A DNA stretch of 64,000 bases from Eledone cirrhosa (GCA_964016885.1 OZ024742.1:10292001-10356000), one strand, 5' to 3'; shown: positions 16,237 through 29,893, counted from the stretch's first letter. Numbers and translations are program-made. The notes: generated by a model from the sequence alone, not told the origin.

Positions 16237-16589
16237 GTATATATATATATGTATATATATATGTATATATATATGTATATATATATGTATATATATATAT
16301 GTATATATATATGTATATATATATATGTATATATATATGTATATATATATGTATATATATATGTATATATATATATGTATATATATATGTATATATATAT
16401 GTGTATATATATATGTATATATATATGTATATATATATATGTATATATATATGTATATATGTATATATATATATGTATATATATATGTATATATATGTAT
16501 ATATATGTATATATATGTATATATGTATATATATATATGTATATATATATGTATATATATGTATATATATGTATATATATATATGTATA

Positions 16590-16631
<42 letters not shown>

Positions 16632-16680
16632 CATATATATATATATATGTATGTATGTATGTATATATATATATATATAC
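16162..16680. repeat. (TA)n/(TATATATG)n microsatellite
   Basis: Direct inspection. Confidence 0.95.
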
Positions 16681-16951
16681 ACTCGCGCAAACACACACGC
16701 GCTCACGTTTCTAGTATTTACTATGGTCTTTTGCTGTTGTTTGGCCCGAGATCAGCCCTGAAGAAGCAGGTAAACAATTTAAGACGTTCCATCCGTGATC
16801 ATCCTGAATTTAAGTAGATCTATATCTAACTACATTGTTAATAGTATATGATTTGAGGTAGGTTTTCCTGCTATTTCTCACATATCGATCGGCCACTAAC
16901 AATCTCCCTTACTGGCTCGGAGTAAAATGTGTATATTAGCGTCGTATATAC

Positions 16952-17043
<92 letters not shown>

Positions 17044-17057
17044 CACGGGTAAAATTC

Positions 17058-17119
<62 letters not shown>

Positions 17120-17121
<2 letters not shown>

Positions 17122-17320
17122 TTCTTGATGTATATCCGGAGGTGATAACAGGTAATTGAAGTACTCAATACGTTAGTAGAGTATAGGTATATTCATTTTA
17201 TTACAGAAATGATTTCTCCAGGAATATAGAATTGTTTCATTCGTAAGAATTCATTCGTATGGAATCATCAGGATGATTTCTTAGGAATGAAACAGTTCTA
17301 GTCCTGTAGAAAACATTCTA
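17120..17320. mobile_element. Family A element, degenerate fold-back
   Basis: gtactcaatac, then tgtttcattc...tcatcagga and gatgatttcttaggaatgaaacagttctagtcctgtagaa arms. Confidence 0.7.
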
Positions 17321-17338
17321 TAATAAAATGAATATATG

Positions 17339-17380
<42 letters not shown>

Positions 17381-17486
17381 AATTATATGGTAAAGCTGTG
17401 TTATTGTAATATACTAACAACCCGAGAAAATGTTTGATTTGGGTGAATACCATCGTATTGAAACACCGCAGTGTATAACTAGGAGC

Positions 17487-17698
17487 GGGCAGATATCTGG
17501 GGGGCAGGGCAGATATCTGGGGGGCAGGGCAGATAGCTGGGGTGCAGGGCAGATATCTGGGGTGCAGGGCAGATATCTGGGCGGCTGGGCAGATATCTGG
17601 GGGGCAGGGCAGATATCTGTGGTGCAGGGCAGATAGCTGGGGTGCAGGGCAGATAGCTGGGGTACAGGGCAAATATCTGGGGGGCAGGGCAGATATCC
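17487..17698. repeat. 20-bp G-rich minisatellite (gggcagatatctggggggca), about 10 copies
   Basis: Direct inspection. Unit contains the palindrome cagatatctg. Confidence 0.9.
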
Positions 17699-17737
17699 AC
17701 TGGTAAATTTCTGAATTTCAGTGGAAGTGAAGTGGTT

Positions 17738-18145
17738 TCCCGCTGAGGTTAACTTTGTCTTTCATCCTTACGGGGTCGATAAAATAAAGTACCAGTAATG
17801 CACTGGGTCAGTTTCCCCTCCCCTTCAAATTGCAGGCCTTGTGCATAAACTAGAAACCATTATTATTGCTTTCCAGCATAGTTACGTCCCTTTACGATCT
17901 CAGTTCAAATCCCGCCGAGGTTGACTTTGTCTTTCATCCTTACGGGGTCGATAAAATAAAATACTAGTAATGCACTGGGTATTTGCTGGCCTTGTGCCAA
18001 TAGTAGAAATAATAATTATTATTATTATTATTGGCCGAGGTTAACTTTGCCTTTCATCCTTAGGGGGTCGATAAAATAAAGTACCAGTAATACACTGAGA
18101 TAATTGCTGACCTTGTGCCAAACGTAGAAACAATATTATTATTAT
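17738..18145 (+). mobile_element. Three tandem 5'-truncated copies of the dominant SINE
   Basis: Core tttcatcctta(c/g)ggggtcgataaaataaa repeated three times, with (att)n tails between copies. Confidence 0.85.
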
Positions 18146-18333
18146 TAGCTCTAGATTTATTTCTGCTAGATATATTTTCCTTAATGTTATTTCTAAAATA
18201 ATATTTTAATGTTAGATATCAGTTGGTGTTATGTAATAACCTGTGTTGTTTACATGACTGTGTATTTTTCTGATCATGTGTAGAGGGAGATCGATGGTGT
18301 ATTGGTGAAAGACAGAATTATCAATACATTTTG

Positions 18334-18465
18334 AAGGCGTGTGGCTGAGTGGTTAGAGAAATGGATTCGCAATCGTGAGGTTGTGAGTTCGATTCCAAAC
18401 CGAGCGATGCGTTATGTCTTTGATTGAGCAAGACACTTTATATCACGTTCCTCCTTCTACCTGGA
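18334..18465 (+). mobile_element. CORE-type tRNA SINE, 5' part
   Basis: tggctgagtggttagag A box, gagttcgattcc B box, tgagcaagacacttta. Confidence 0.7.
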
Positions 18466-18901
18466 GTTGCGACCGATAGATAGTATTAGCAATTGGAAAA
18501 ACCAATGGAAACATTGTTTCCTCGGTCCGATTTGACGAATGACGATCGTTCCTTTTTTGAAGCAAAAAAGGGATTTTTTTTGTTGATTATTTGTTTGCTC
18601 TTACAACTAAAAACCCACGGAGGCAATAAACATGATATATATATATCTCCAGGTATCCAAATGCAAGGTCTTCGGTATGTAAACATAAGAGGTACGGTGT
18701 AGGACCAGACATTTGTTTGAGGGTTTATATCTGTTTTTTTTTAATCGAATCATCTGATCTCTTGACTATGAAACTCTTTCTATGAAACTCGGGCAACGTG
18801 AAAGACAAAAATCAATACACTGGGATTCGAACTCAAATCGTAAAGAGAAATTTTGTCTCGACCCTTCATGAATTGTCAAACCAGAGGCTTTCCATCCGAT
18901 A

Positions 18902-19228
18902 ATAATTGTTTCTAATTTAGGCACAAGGCCAGCAATTTCAGGGGAACAGGAAAGTTACTGGTACTTTATGACCCCTGTAAGGATGAAAGGCAAAGCTAAC
19001 CGCGACACGGTTTCAACTCATTTCCTCCGGTATTAATAATTGTTTCTACTTTTGGCACAAGGCCAAATTATCCCAGTGTATTACTGGTACTATCTTTTAT
19101 CGACCTCGTAAGGATGAAAGGCAAAGCTAACCTCGGCGGGATTTGAACTCAGAACGTAAAGGTGTCATAACTCTATGCTGCAAAGCATGGCGTCTAACGC
19201 TCTACTGATACTGCCAATCCACCACCCT
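18902..19228 (-). mobile_element. Two tandem copies of the dominant SINE
   Basis: Reverse-complement core aaggatgaaaggcaaag occurs twice. gggatttgaactc B box. Confidence 0.85.
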
Positions 19229-19588
19229 CCGGTATTAATAATACATAATAATTATAGGTGCAGACATGGCTGTGTGGTTAAGGCCTCACAAGCTCATAGG
19301 TGTTGGTTCAACCCCAAGGGTTTACGTTGTGGTATTTTTTCCGCCCAATCTCTACGGTGAATCTCCCTTATATTCAACATTAGAAAAGCAGTGAACTATC
19401 CTAATAACGAGAACATGTAAATATATCAACGACGATGTTGTTTAGAATATCTTGTATGATATCAGCGACTGCAGAGATACAGCAGATGAGGTGAATGGTC
19501 GGGTGTCCTATACCTTCCACCTTTGGGGGCTAATGACGTGTCGAATAGTTACCTCTTAGGTTTTACTCAAACCACAATCGGTGTGTGT

Positions 19589-19755
19589 GCAGGGTTTCCA
19601 AGAGAAATTTTGTAAGTCAGTACAAGACCCCTTTGGGGCCCGAAGTAGGCAAACATTTATATTAAAATGGATGTTACATTATTGCTGTGGGGCCTTCTTA
19701 GCTCTTGGGTCCCGGAACAATGTACCGGCTGAACCCACCCCCTCTCATAGGCTGT
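19589..19755. mobile_element. Degenerate GC-rich MITE-like DNA transposon remnant
   Basis: cagggt... start, internal ggggccc motifs, end gggtcccggaacaatgtaccggctgaacccacccctctcataggctg. Typical of Harbinger/hAT-type MITEs, but no clear TSD. Confidence 0.35.
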
Positions 19756-19901
19756 GTGTGTGTGTGTGTGTGTGTGTGTGTTCCATTCGTAGTAAGTGCT
19801 AAGAAATTCTCAGGAGAGCTGGCCAGCAGAAGCTCTTCAGAAAAGACTCCCCCTCATCACCACCTCAAGCAAGTGTTTCAACCTTTAACAATCCAAGGCG
19901 T

Positions 19902-19982
19902 CTGGGTCACATCCATGTCATGACTCCTGGGTCACATCTATGTCATGACTCCTGGGTCACATCCATGTCATGACTCCTGGGT
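19902..19982. repeat. 25-bp tandem repeat x3
   Basis: ctgggtcacatccatgtcatgactc. Confidence 0.9.
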
Positions 19983-20599
19983 GTTGCTAACATGTGTTAC
20001 CCACCTGGCTATCGGAGTCTTCTACATATATTTAAACGAAGTGTAATAATTTAGCCTGAAGTGACCCAATGTTTAGAGACAGTTACACAGAGAACAACTC
20101 GTCTTTATTTCACTTCTTTTGCTGTCACAGTGTATCGAGGACAACATTAACCAATGTGTAAGTTCGAATAATTCTTTTAATTTTTTACAGCTAATGCGGT
20201 GGGGTGGGGTGATATGAGGAAGACTTAGCTACTATTCCTAGCAGTTCGAGTAACCATGTAGTAGCTTCCTAGTTGACTGACTCCGTCTAGCTGATGTAGA
20301 AGAACATCAGACGTTTATAAACTGCTCCAGTAGTGTAAAAACAGCTGTCTACTTTCCTTTAATAAAGAATCTGGGTTATCTTAACTTTAGCGACGAGGGA
20401 TCGTTGTGAGTTACGTGAGATAATGATTATTCCACTGGTGAATATATATAGATGGCCAATTGGTAAAGTTGTTACAATGTTATAGTATTTGTTCCAGGCT
20501 CTCTTAGAGTTGTTCAAATCCCACCAAGGTCAACTTTTCCTTTCATCCTTTAGAGGCTAATCAAATATAATACAAGGTAATTCTGTGGTTTCTATGAAT

Positions 20600-20792
20600 C
20601 ATGTTTCGTTTCGTAACCTACTCATACTTATGTTGGTAAATCTATATATTCCACATGTCACCACAACCATAGATGAAACTTAAGGGCCAGTCCGGATCGC
20701 GGCTCCGGCTGCAGACTGGATAGAGAGGATATTGCCCCGGAGGATGGCGAGGGAGACGTGCTGGAACTGCCACGCCACCTCATGGGGTCACT
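20600..20792 (-). mobile_element. 3' fragment of a CRE-like (restriction-like endonuclease) non-LTR retrotransposon
   Basis: Minus frame ending at 20680 reads (D)PHEVAWQFQHVSLAILRGNILSIQSAAGAAIRTGP*. This resembles the DPRE..W.FQRLSLAIQRGNA.SI C-terminal motif. One frameshift at the 5' edge. Confidence 0.65.
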
Positions 20793-21229
20793 CAATTAAT
20801 AAAGTATCAGTCCAGTACTAGGGGCTATGGCACTTTCTCAATCCAACTCTCTCGAACAAATCAGATTTGTTTAGACCTGGAAAGCAATATGCTCCACGAG
20901 GTTTAAAATACCCCAAGACACGTTGTATATCGTTACGGCGTCCCTGTAGCTCCAATAATAGTTAAGTGCACCTATTCACATATATATATACAACACCATG
21001 TAGAACTGAGTGAACTCTCGTTCGCTGGAATGGAATTCCAACTTCTTACAATTGGATCTTATTTCATTGCTTTTTGTTTTAACATTTTATTTCAATTTTT
21101 TGTCGGCAGCGGAAGGTTGGGTATATATGTGGTATATATATATATATGTGTGTGGTATATATATATATAGTGTAGAGCACACATGTAAATATATATATAA
21201 CCATACAGAAGTCAGTATATATATGTATA

Positions 21230-21306
<77 letters not shown>

Positions 21307-21489
21307 ATATAGTCTAGGGTATATATAGTGTAGAGCACATAAACATATGCAACCATGCAGAAGTTAGGGTGTATATAATGCAGAATACACCTCTAAACAA
21401 TACAATTATACGGAAGGTGGTGTATAAATAGAATGGAGTATATACGGAGTAGAACACACATGTAAACATATATACAACCATAAGGAATG

Positions 21490-21553
<64 letters not shown>

Positions 21554-21721
21554 TAGTGTATATACAGCGTGGAACACATGTAAACATATATACAACCACA
21601 TAAACACAAACATGTGTATTGTAAAATATATCTGTTTGTATTTATATTGCCAGTCACCTATTATACATATATACACTTGTGTATATTTATAGTAATGGGT
21701 GTGTTTATATATGTACGCGTT

Positions 21722-22242
<521 letters not shown>

Positions 22243-22244
22243 GT

Positions 22245-22489
22245 GTGTGTTGTTTCCTTGAGCAAGACACTTTATTTCATAGTGCTCCAGTTTACTCAGC
22301 TGTAGAAAGGGACTGGGGTCCCTATCATTCCACTGCAAAGTGGTTGTGGAGGTGCCACGGCAAAAAAGCACCCAGCACTCACTGTAAATGAGGTTGGTGT
22401 TAGGAAGGGTATCCAGCTGTAGAAATCAAGCCAGAATCAGTTCCTGTCCCACCCTGGCAAGCAGGGAAAAGCGGACATAAAATGATGAT

Positions 22490-22491
<2 letters not shown>
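22245..22491 (+). mobile_element. 5'-truncated copy of the CORE-type SINE at 9259
   Basis: Near-identical to 9335-9589 apart from a short deletion after gtagaaa. Ends in atgatgatg. Confidence 0.85.
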
Positions 22492-22544
<53 letters not shown>

Positions 22545-22653
22545 AATGAGAGGTATAGAAATTGTTTTATATATATATATATATAATGTAGTTGAAAAAA
22601 TAAAAGCTTTTTATTATATATACATGCATATATAAGTGCATACAAACATATAT

Positions 22654-22757
<104 letters not shown>

Positions 22758-23667
22758 TACACACATACTCAGAGAGAGACTACATTTGAAACGTCCTCAT
22801 ACATGAAAGAATGTATGTTAAAACCAGACGATACATACAAATGTATGTGTATATACACCCGTCTCTATGTTAATGTGTGTATGTGTATATACCCCTTCTC
22901 TATGTTAATGTGTGTGAGCTGTGTACTATTAACTATCGATTAAAGATATTTTTATTTCTCGATAACAAAATCCGATTCGATATAATGAATACACTAGGTA
23001 ATACGAATTTATATACACGCGTGACTATATATATATATCTGTGTATATATATATATATGTATTTAGGTTTGTTGGGTCACCACTGATGTATATATATGAT
23101 ATACGCATTGTACAAGTGTATGTATATGTGTGTATGTACATCGATCGATCCCACTTGTAGAACCTGAGCGAACTCTGAGCGATTCTATAGATGGACCAGT
23201 AGTAGCAGTAGTAGTAGTAGCAGTAGTAGTAGTAGTAATAGTAAATTCATGCCCCCCCCCCTCCACCACCACCAAAAAAACGTCTATATTTTCTTTAAAA
23301 TCTATCTTTCGGTGTAAATATCTATTGTCATTAGATGAACAGGGTCTGATTTGAGCGACACTTTGCTGCTATGTGTGTGTATGTGTGCCAGCGGATCGCT
23401 CTGTGTGTGTGTGTGTGTGTGTGTGTGTCAGTGGATCACTCTGTGTGTGTATGTATGTGTGCCAGTGGATCGCTCTGTGTGTGTGTGTGTGTGTGTGTCA
23501 GTGGATCGCTCTGTGTGTGTGTGTGTGTGTGTGTGTGTCAGTGGATTTCTCTCTCTGTATGTGTGAGTGTCAGTGGATCTGTCACTCTCTCTCTGTACGC
23601 GTGTGTGAGTCTCAGTATCTCTCTCTCTCTCTCTCTCGCTCTTTCTCTCTTTTTCTCTCTTTCTCTT

Positions 23668-23719
<52 letters not shown>

Positions 23720-23726
23720 AAGAGAA

Positions 23727-23760
<34 letters not shown>

Positions 23761-23768
<8 letters not shown>

Positions 23769-24167
23769 AGATCAAAAGATGGTTAAAGGAGTTCCATGTA
23801 TTTTATTATGCGCATTTCAAAAACAAACATCATCATGCAACAACATTTGTGTTTTCATCAGATAAAACAGGAGAACATGATATGAAGGCCAAAAAACACC
23901 CGTGGATAGTGTAGTTTTAAATCAACATAAAACTGCACTATCTACGGGTGTTTTTTGACCTTCATATCATGTTCTCCTGTTTTATCTGATGAAAACACAA
24001 ATGTTGTTGCATGATGATGTTTGTTTTTGAAATGCGCATAATAAAATACATGGAACTCCTTTAACCATCTTTTGATCTTATATTATGTATACTCCAGTCC
24101 TACAAACTGTAGAGTGCTTCTTATCCGATATCTGCATTGCTTTATTGTACTACAATAAAACTCACCT

Positions 24168-24170
<3 letters not shown>
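23761..24170 (+). mobile_element. Fold-back element family D: 159-bp arms each containing a minimal hammerhead, plus 3' tail
   Basis: Arms 23761-23919 / 23928-24086 with about 3 transitions. ttttat-CTGATGA(23986)...GAAA(24029)-tgcgca-TA-ataaaa. Tail with gagtgc, then (TA)n. Confidence 0.8.
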
Positions 24171-24206
<36 letters not shown>

Positions 24207-24250
24207 TGACGAAACATAAGTCAATTGCATGAACTCATAATCCTTTATTT

Positions 24251-24308
24251 ACTGCTATATATATATTTCGATGATAGCCATTGAATGGCTATGACCTCAT
24301 CAGGCAGT
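24251..24308 (-). ncRNA. Complete minimal type I hammerhead ribozyme in a TA-flanked element of about 175 bp (24203-24377)
   Basis: Minus strand actgc-CTGATGA-ggtc atagccat tca atggctat catc-GAAA-tatatata-TA-gcagt. Confidence 0.8.
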
Positions 24309-24375
24309 TAGTCAGTTCTTAGATATGCCAGCTCTGTGTTTATGGTATTAATGGTATCAGAGCCTTGGGACACAC

Positions 24376-24439
<64 letters not shown>

Positions 24440-24649
24440 AGTCTGTGTGTGTGTGTGCGTGCGCGTGTGTGTCTGTGTGTGTGTTATCTAACACACTATA
24501 GTAATTACATATTCTCTCAAACATTAAATGTGTGTGTGTGTGCACTCGTGTGTATTAGTGTGTGTGTGTCTTAATGTGTGTGTTAGTGTGTGTCAGTTTG
24601 TGTTACCTAACACAACACTATAATAATTACATATTAAATTTCTCTCTGT

Positions 24650-25000
24650 ATGTGTGTCAGTGTGTGTGTCACTGTGTGCCAGTCTGTGTCAGTGTGTGTG
24701 TGTGTCATTGTCAGTGTGTGTGTGCCAGTATGTGTGTGTCAGTGTCTGTGTCTGTGTGTGTCAGTGTGTGTCAGTATCTGTGCCAATGTCTGTGTCTGTG
24801 TGTCTGTGTGTGTGTGTGTCAGTGTCTGTGTCTGTGTCTGTCTGTGTGTGTCAGTGTCTGTGTCTGTGTCTGTGTGTGTCAGTGTCTGTGTCAGTGTGTC
24901 AGTGTGTGTCAGTGTGTGTGTGTCAGTGTCAGTGTGTGTGTGTGTCAGTGTGTCAGTGTGTGTCAGTGTGTGTGTATATGTCAGTATGTGTCAGTATGTG
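24650..25000. repeat. (TG)n/TGTCAG compound microsatellite
   Basis: Direct inspection. Confidence 0.9.
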
Positions 25001-25153
25001 TACCAACCCATGTTACCTAACAGCCTCTCTACAATAATTACATATTCTCTCAAACATATTAAACCCAATTTATACAACATTAAAACTATAATCAATGGAG
25101 TTGTTAGCTGCCACTAGTTTCTACATGGCTTCATATTTCTACCTACCTATATA

Positions 25154-25188
<35 letters not shown>

Positions 25189-25499
25189 TTCACCAAGCAC
25201 GCCATGTAACCTCTACATGTTTGTTCGACTTGCTAAACAGATCAGCTAAATCTCCATCGATTCATATCGAAAATGACACATTAAATAAGGTGGTCGTCGG
25301 ATCACCGTGCTCCTGCGAATGAACCAGTATGGTCACGGCTGGAATGTCATTGATTATATGACTAGGTGATCAGATCTGACCTGGGGTTAAACAACAACCA
25401 CTTGCTCCAATACAAGCATTTGTTTATATTAAAATAAAACACTGGAATACGAGAACATTTGTAGAGATGTTCTCTATCAGTATATTGTATGTAGGTAGG

Positions 25500-25567
<68 letters not shown>

Positions 25568-26316
25568 TATGTCTGTATGCGTCTGTGTGTCTATGTGTGT
25601 GTGTATATTTATGCATGTATGTATATGTGTGTGTGTCTGTCTGAAAGTGTGTCTGTATGTATGTGTGTGTGTCTGTATGTATGTGTGTGTGTGTATGTAT
25701 GTGTGTGTGTATGTATGTATGCATGTGTGTGTGTGTGTGTGTATGTATGTATGCATGTGTGTGTGTGTATGTATGCATGTGTGTGTGTGTGTGTCTGTAT
25801 GTATGCATGTATGTATGTGTGTGTATATATGCATGTGTGTGCCTGTATGTATGCATGCATGTATGTGTGTGTGTGTGTGTGTATGAATGCATGTATGTAT
25901 ATGTGTGTGTCTCTATGTATGTATGCATGTGTGTGTGTCTATGTCTGTATGTCTGTGTGTGTGTATGTATGTATGCATGTATATATGTGTGTGTGTCTGT
26001 ATGTGTGTGGCATGGTGCCGTAACAGCGAGGGGTCATAGATACACCGTATTGACATACGGTGTATCTAGAAGGTTTAATCTTTAAACCTGGCAGTCCATC
26101 TCCTCTCCGGGTCGGAATAGAGCAGATTTCTTCCAGAGAAGGAATGAAAGAGGTAAGAGAAGAATGGAAGAATCGACCACATTATTTCACTGGTACTAAT
26201 TTTATCGACCTCAAATGTATGAAACTCAAATTTGACCTCGGCGTAAATAGTTAGTGCAACTAATTCTAACTGTAGAATGTGGTTGTTTAAGAGAGATGTC
26301 CTGATATTAGCCAGTC

Positions 26317-26545
26317 TCTCCTTTAGGAATCATGAAAGGTTTCTCAGCAGTAACCAACCTCTCCTTTAGGGGTCAGGAGAGGTTTCTCAACAGTAACTAA
26401 ACTCTCCTTTAGGGATCATGAAAGGTTTCTCAGCAGTAACCAACCTCTCCTTTAGGGATCAGTAGAGGTTTCTAAGCAGTAACTAAACTCTCCTTTTGCG
26501 GTCATGAAAGGTTTCTCAGCAGTAACCAGCCTCTCCTTTAGGGGT
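26317..26545. repeat. Tandem repeat of about 42-43 bp, about 5.5 copies, alternating subtypes
   Basis: ctctcctttagg..tcatgaaaggtttctcagcagtaaccaac alternates with ..tcag(g/t)agaggtttct..cagtaactaaa. Confidence 0.85.
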
Positions 26546-26554
26546 CTATAAACT

Positions 26555-26660
26555 TGTACTCTTCTGACGAAGGACCAACGTCCGATACGGTGAACTTTTC
26601 ATTCTTTCATCCAAAGCCTGAACTTAACAACACTAATAATCTTTGTCCTTTTTATATACA
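26555..26660 (+). mobile_element. Family J remnant
   Basis: tctt-ctgacga-a-ggac caac gtcc-gata. Downstream actaataat motif. Confidence 0.5.
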
Positions 26661-26747
26661 TATGTCGAGTTTATACACATGCATATATACCCATGCACTC
26701 ACACTCATATATATATATATCAGGCTGGATTCAATTTGAATCTTGTT

Positions 26748-26866
26748 AGGCCGTCACTCAACCGAGTACTCGATACTTGGGGTAGTAGAGTATGGTTATA
26801 TTAGATTATGAGTTTGGATCTTGTTGTTGAAACGGCAGGAGCTCAGCTGTCGGGGTCCCGACTCTT
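26748..26866. mobile_element. Degenerate family B element
   Basis: gagtactcgatacttggggtagtagagt and gaaacggcaggagctcagctgtcggggtc. Confidence 0.6.
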
Positions 26867-27855
26867 TATATATATAACATACACTCACGCACACTTTATG
26901 CGTAGCGTGTGTGTATGTGTGTGTGAATCCATGTATGTGTTTGTCTCCGTGCTATCCTGATTGACAAAATCTTCAGTGATTTTCATTTACTTTCCTGAGA
27001 TCAAATCTCACTGAGTTTACCTTTCTACCTTCTCGGGTTGATACAAAACACGTATAGTCGGGTTTCTTTTCGTCCAGATACTATAAGAAGCATAATTACT
27101 ATCCCGAGGGGTCTAATATCAGGTAGATCTATGTCTAAAGACGTTCTAGTTTGATTTTTCTCCGACATAACACATCTGTATTAAACTACATTATCTAATA
27201 TAACTTTACTTCATGGTTTTAACATCGAAGTATATGATATAGAAGCTTTTATACTGTTGTTTCTAGCACGGCTACCAACCAAGTGTATTGTGGCTGTTGT
27301 TTAATCTTAGTCAACCCTGTTATTGTGTCTGGTGTTGTTTAACCGACCACCCCTGTCTTCCTAGGGCTATGTCAGGGACTACATATACCAATGTGTTGTT
27401 TACTTATTTAAGACGGTTATGTGGGATGAGAAAGATTTGTTTGCTATTTCTAGCAGGTTTTAACGACTATGTAACGACTCCATCGTTGTCCGTCCTTGGT
27501 TAATATTGATGGTGATGATGGATGCTCGTTTCCTTGTTACCTCACTAATTACCCGTTTGCTGTGCTAAGCATGCTTTCATCTAATCGATACACACATAGC
27601 CAGAATTTGTACATACACGTACACACACACATACATACACACACATAACCAGAGTTTGTACACATACACGTACACTCCCACACACGTACACACACACAGC
27701 CATGCCAATCTATGCTGTTGCAATAGTGGGGCAGTTTTGAGATGCTTCAGCCAAGTATTCTATAGAACCTTAGTATACTTCTACTTACTATGCTAATAAA
27801 TTTAGTCGGTTTTTCCTCTGTATTGATCGACTGTTGTTCACCTTACGAGAGATAC

Positions 27856-29440
27856 TATAGTACTGACTGTTTATATACAGTACTAGGTGTATAGTACTGA
27901 CTGTTTATATATAGTACTTGGTGTATAGTACTGACTGTTTATATATAGTACTTGGTGTATAGTACTGACTGTTTATATACAGTACTAGGTGTATAGTACT
28001 GACTGTTTATATATAGTACTTGGTATATAGTACTGACTGTTTATTTACAGTACTAGGTGTATAGTACTGACTGTTTATTTACAGTACTAGGTGTATAGTA
28101 CTGACTGTTTATATATAGTACTTGGTGTATAGTACTGACTGTTTATATATAGTACTTGGTGTATAGTACTGACTGTTTATATACAGTACTAGGTGTATAG
28201 TACTGACTGTTTATTTACAGTACTAGGTGTATAGTACTGACTGTTTATTTACAGTACTAGGTGTATAGTACTGACTGTTTATTTACAGTACTAGGTGTAT
28301 AGTACTGACTGTTTATATATAGTACTTGGTGTATAGTACTGACTGTTTATTTACAGTACTTGGTGTATAGTACTGACTGTTTATTTACAGTACTTGGTGT
28401 ATAGTACTGACTGTTTATATACAGTACTAGGTGTATAGTACTGACTGTTTATTTACAGTACTAGGTGTATAGTACTGACTGTTTATATATAGTACTTGGT
28501 GTATAGTACTGACTGTTTATATACAGTACTTGGTATATAGTACTGACTGCTTATATACAGTACTAGGTGTATAGTACTGACTGTTTATTTACAGTACTAG
28601 GTATATAGTACTGACTGCTTATATACAGTACTAGGTGTATAGTACTGACTGTTTATTTACAGTACTAGGTGTATAGTACTGACTGTTTATATATAGTACT
28701 AGGTGTATAGTACTGACTGTTTATTTACAGTACTAGGTGTATAGTACTGACTGTTTATATATAGTACTTGGTGTATAGTACTGACTGTTTATATACAGTA
28801 CTTGGTGTATAGTACTGACTGTTTATATACAGTACTAGGTGTATAGTACTGACTGTTTATATACAGTACTTGGTGTATAGTACTGACTGTTTATATACAG
28901 TACTTGGTGTATAGTACTGACTGTTTATATATAGTACTTGGTGTATAGTACTGACTGTTTATATACAGTACTAGGTGTATAGTACTGACTGTTTATATAC
29001 AGTACTTGGTGTATAGTACTGACTGTTTATATACAGTACTAGGTGTATAGTACTGACTGTTTATATACAGTACTAGGTGTATAGTACTGACTGTTTATTT
29101 ACAGTACTAGGTGTATAGTACTGACTGTTTATATACAGTACTAGGTGTATAGTACTGACTGTTTATATACAGTACTTGGTGTATAGTACTGACTGTTTAT
29201 ATATAGTACTTGGTGTATAGTACTGACTGTTTATATACAGTACTAGGTGTATAGTACTGACTGTTTATATACAGTACTAGGTGTATAGTACTGACTGTTT
29301 ATTTACAGTACTAGGTGTATAGTACTGACTGTTTATATACAGTACTAGGTGTATAGTACTGACTGTTTATATATAGTACTTGGTGTATAGTACTGACTGT
29401 TTATATACAGTACTAGGTATATAGTACTGACTGTTTATAT
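27856..29440. repeat. 34-bp minisatellite, about 46 copies
   Basis: Unit tatagtactgactgtttatatacagtactaggtg, period measured from 27856 to 27890. Two AGTACT sites per unit. Confidence 0.95.
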
Positions 29441-29499
29441 AAACTACTTTATATATGTGTATGTATGTATATATATGTGTGTGTATTTATGTATGTGTG

Positions 29500-29609
29500 T
29501 GTATGTAGACATACTTATTTACACATATACACATACATACATATAGACATACTTATTTGCACATATACACATACATATAGGCATACTTGTTTACACATAT
29601 ACACATACA

Positions 29610-29641
<32 letters not shown>

Positions 29642-29797
29642 GACATACTTATTTGCACATATACACATACATATAGACATACTTATTTACACATATACAC
29701 ATACATACTTACATACATACATACATACATATAGACATACTTATTTACACATATACACATACATATAGACATACTTATTTACACATATACACATACA

Positions 29798-29829
<32 letters not shown>

Positions 29830-29893
29830 GACATACTTATTTACACATATACACATACATATAGACATACTTATTTACACATATACACATACA

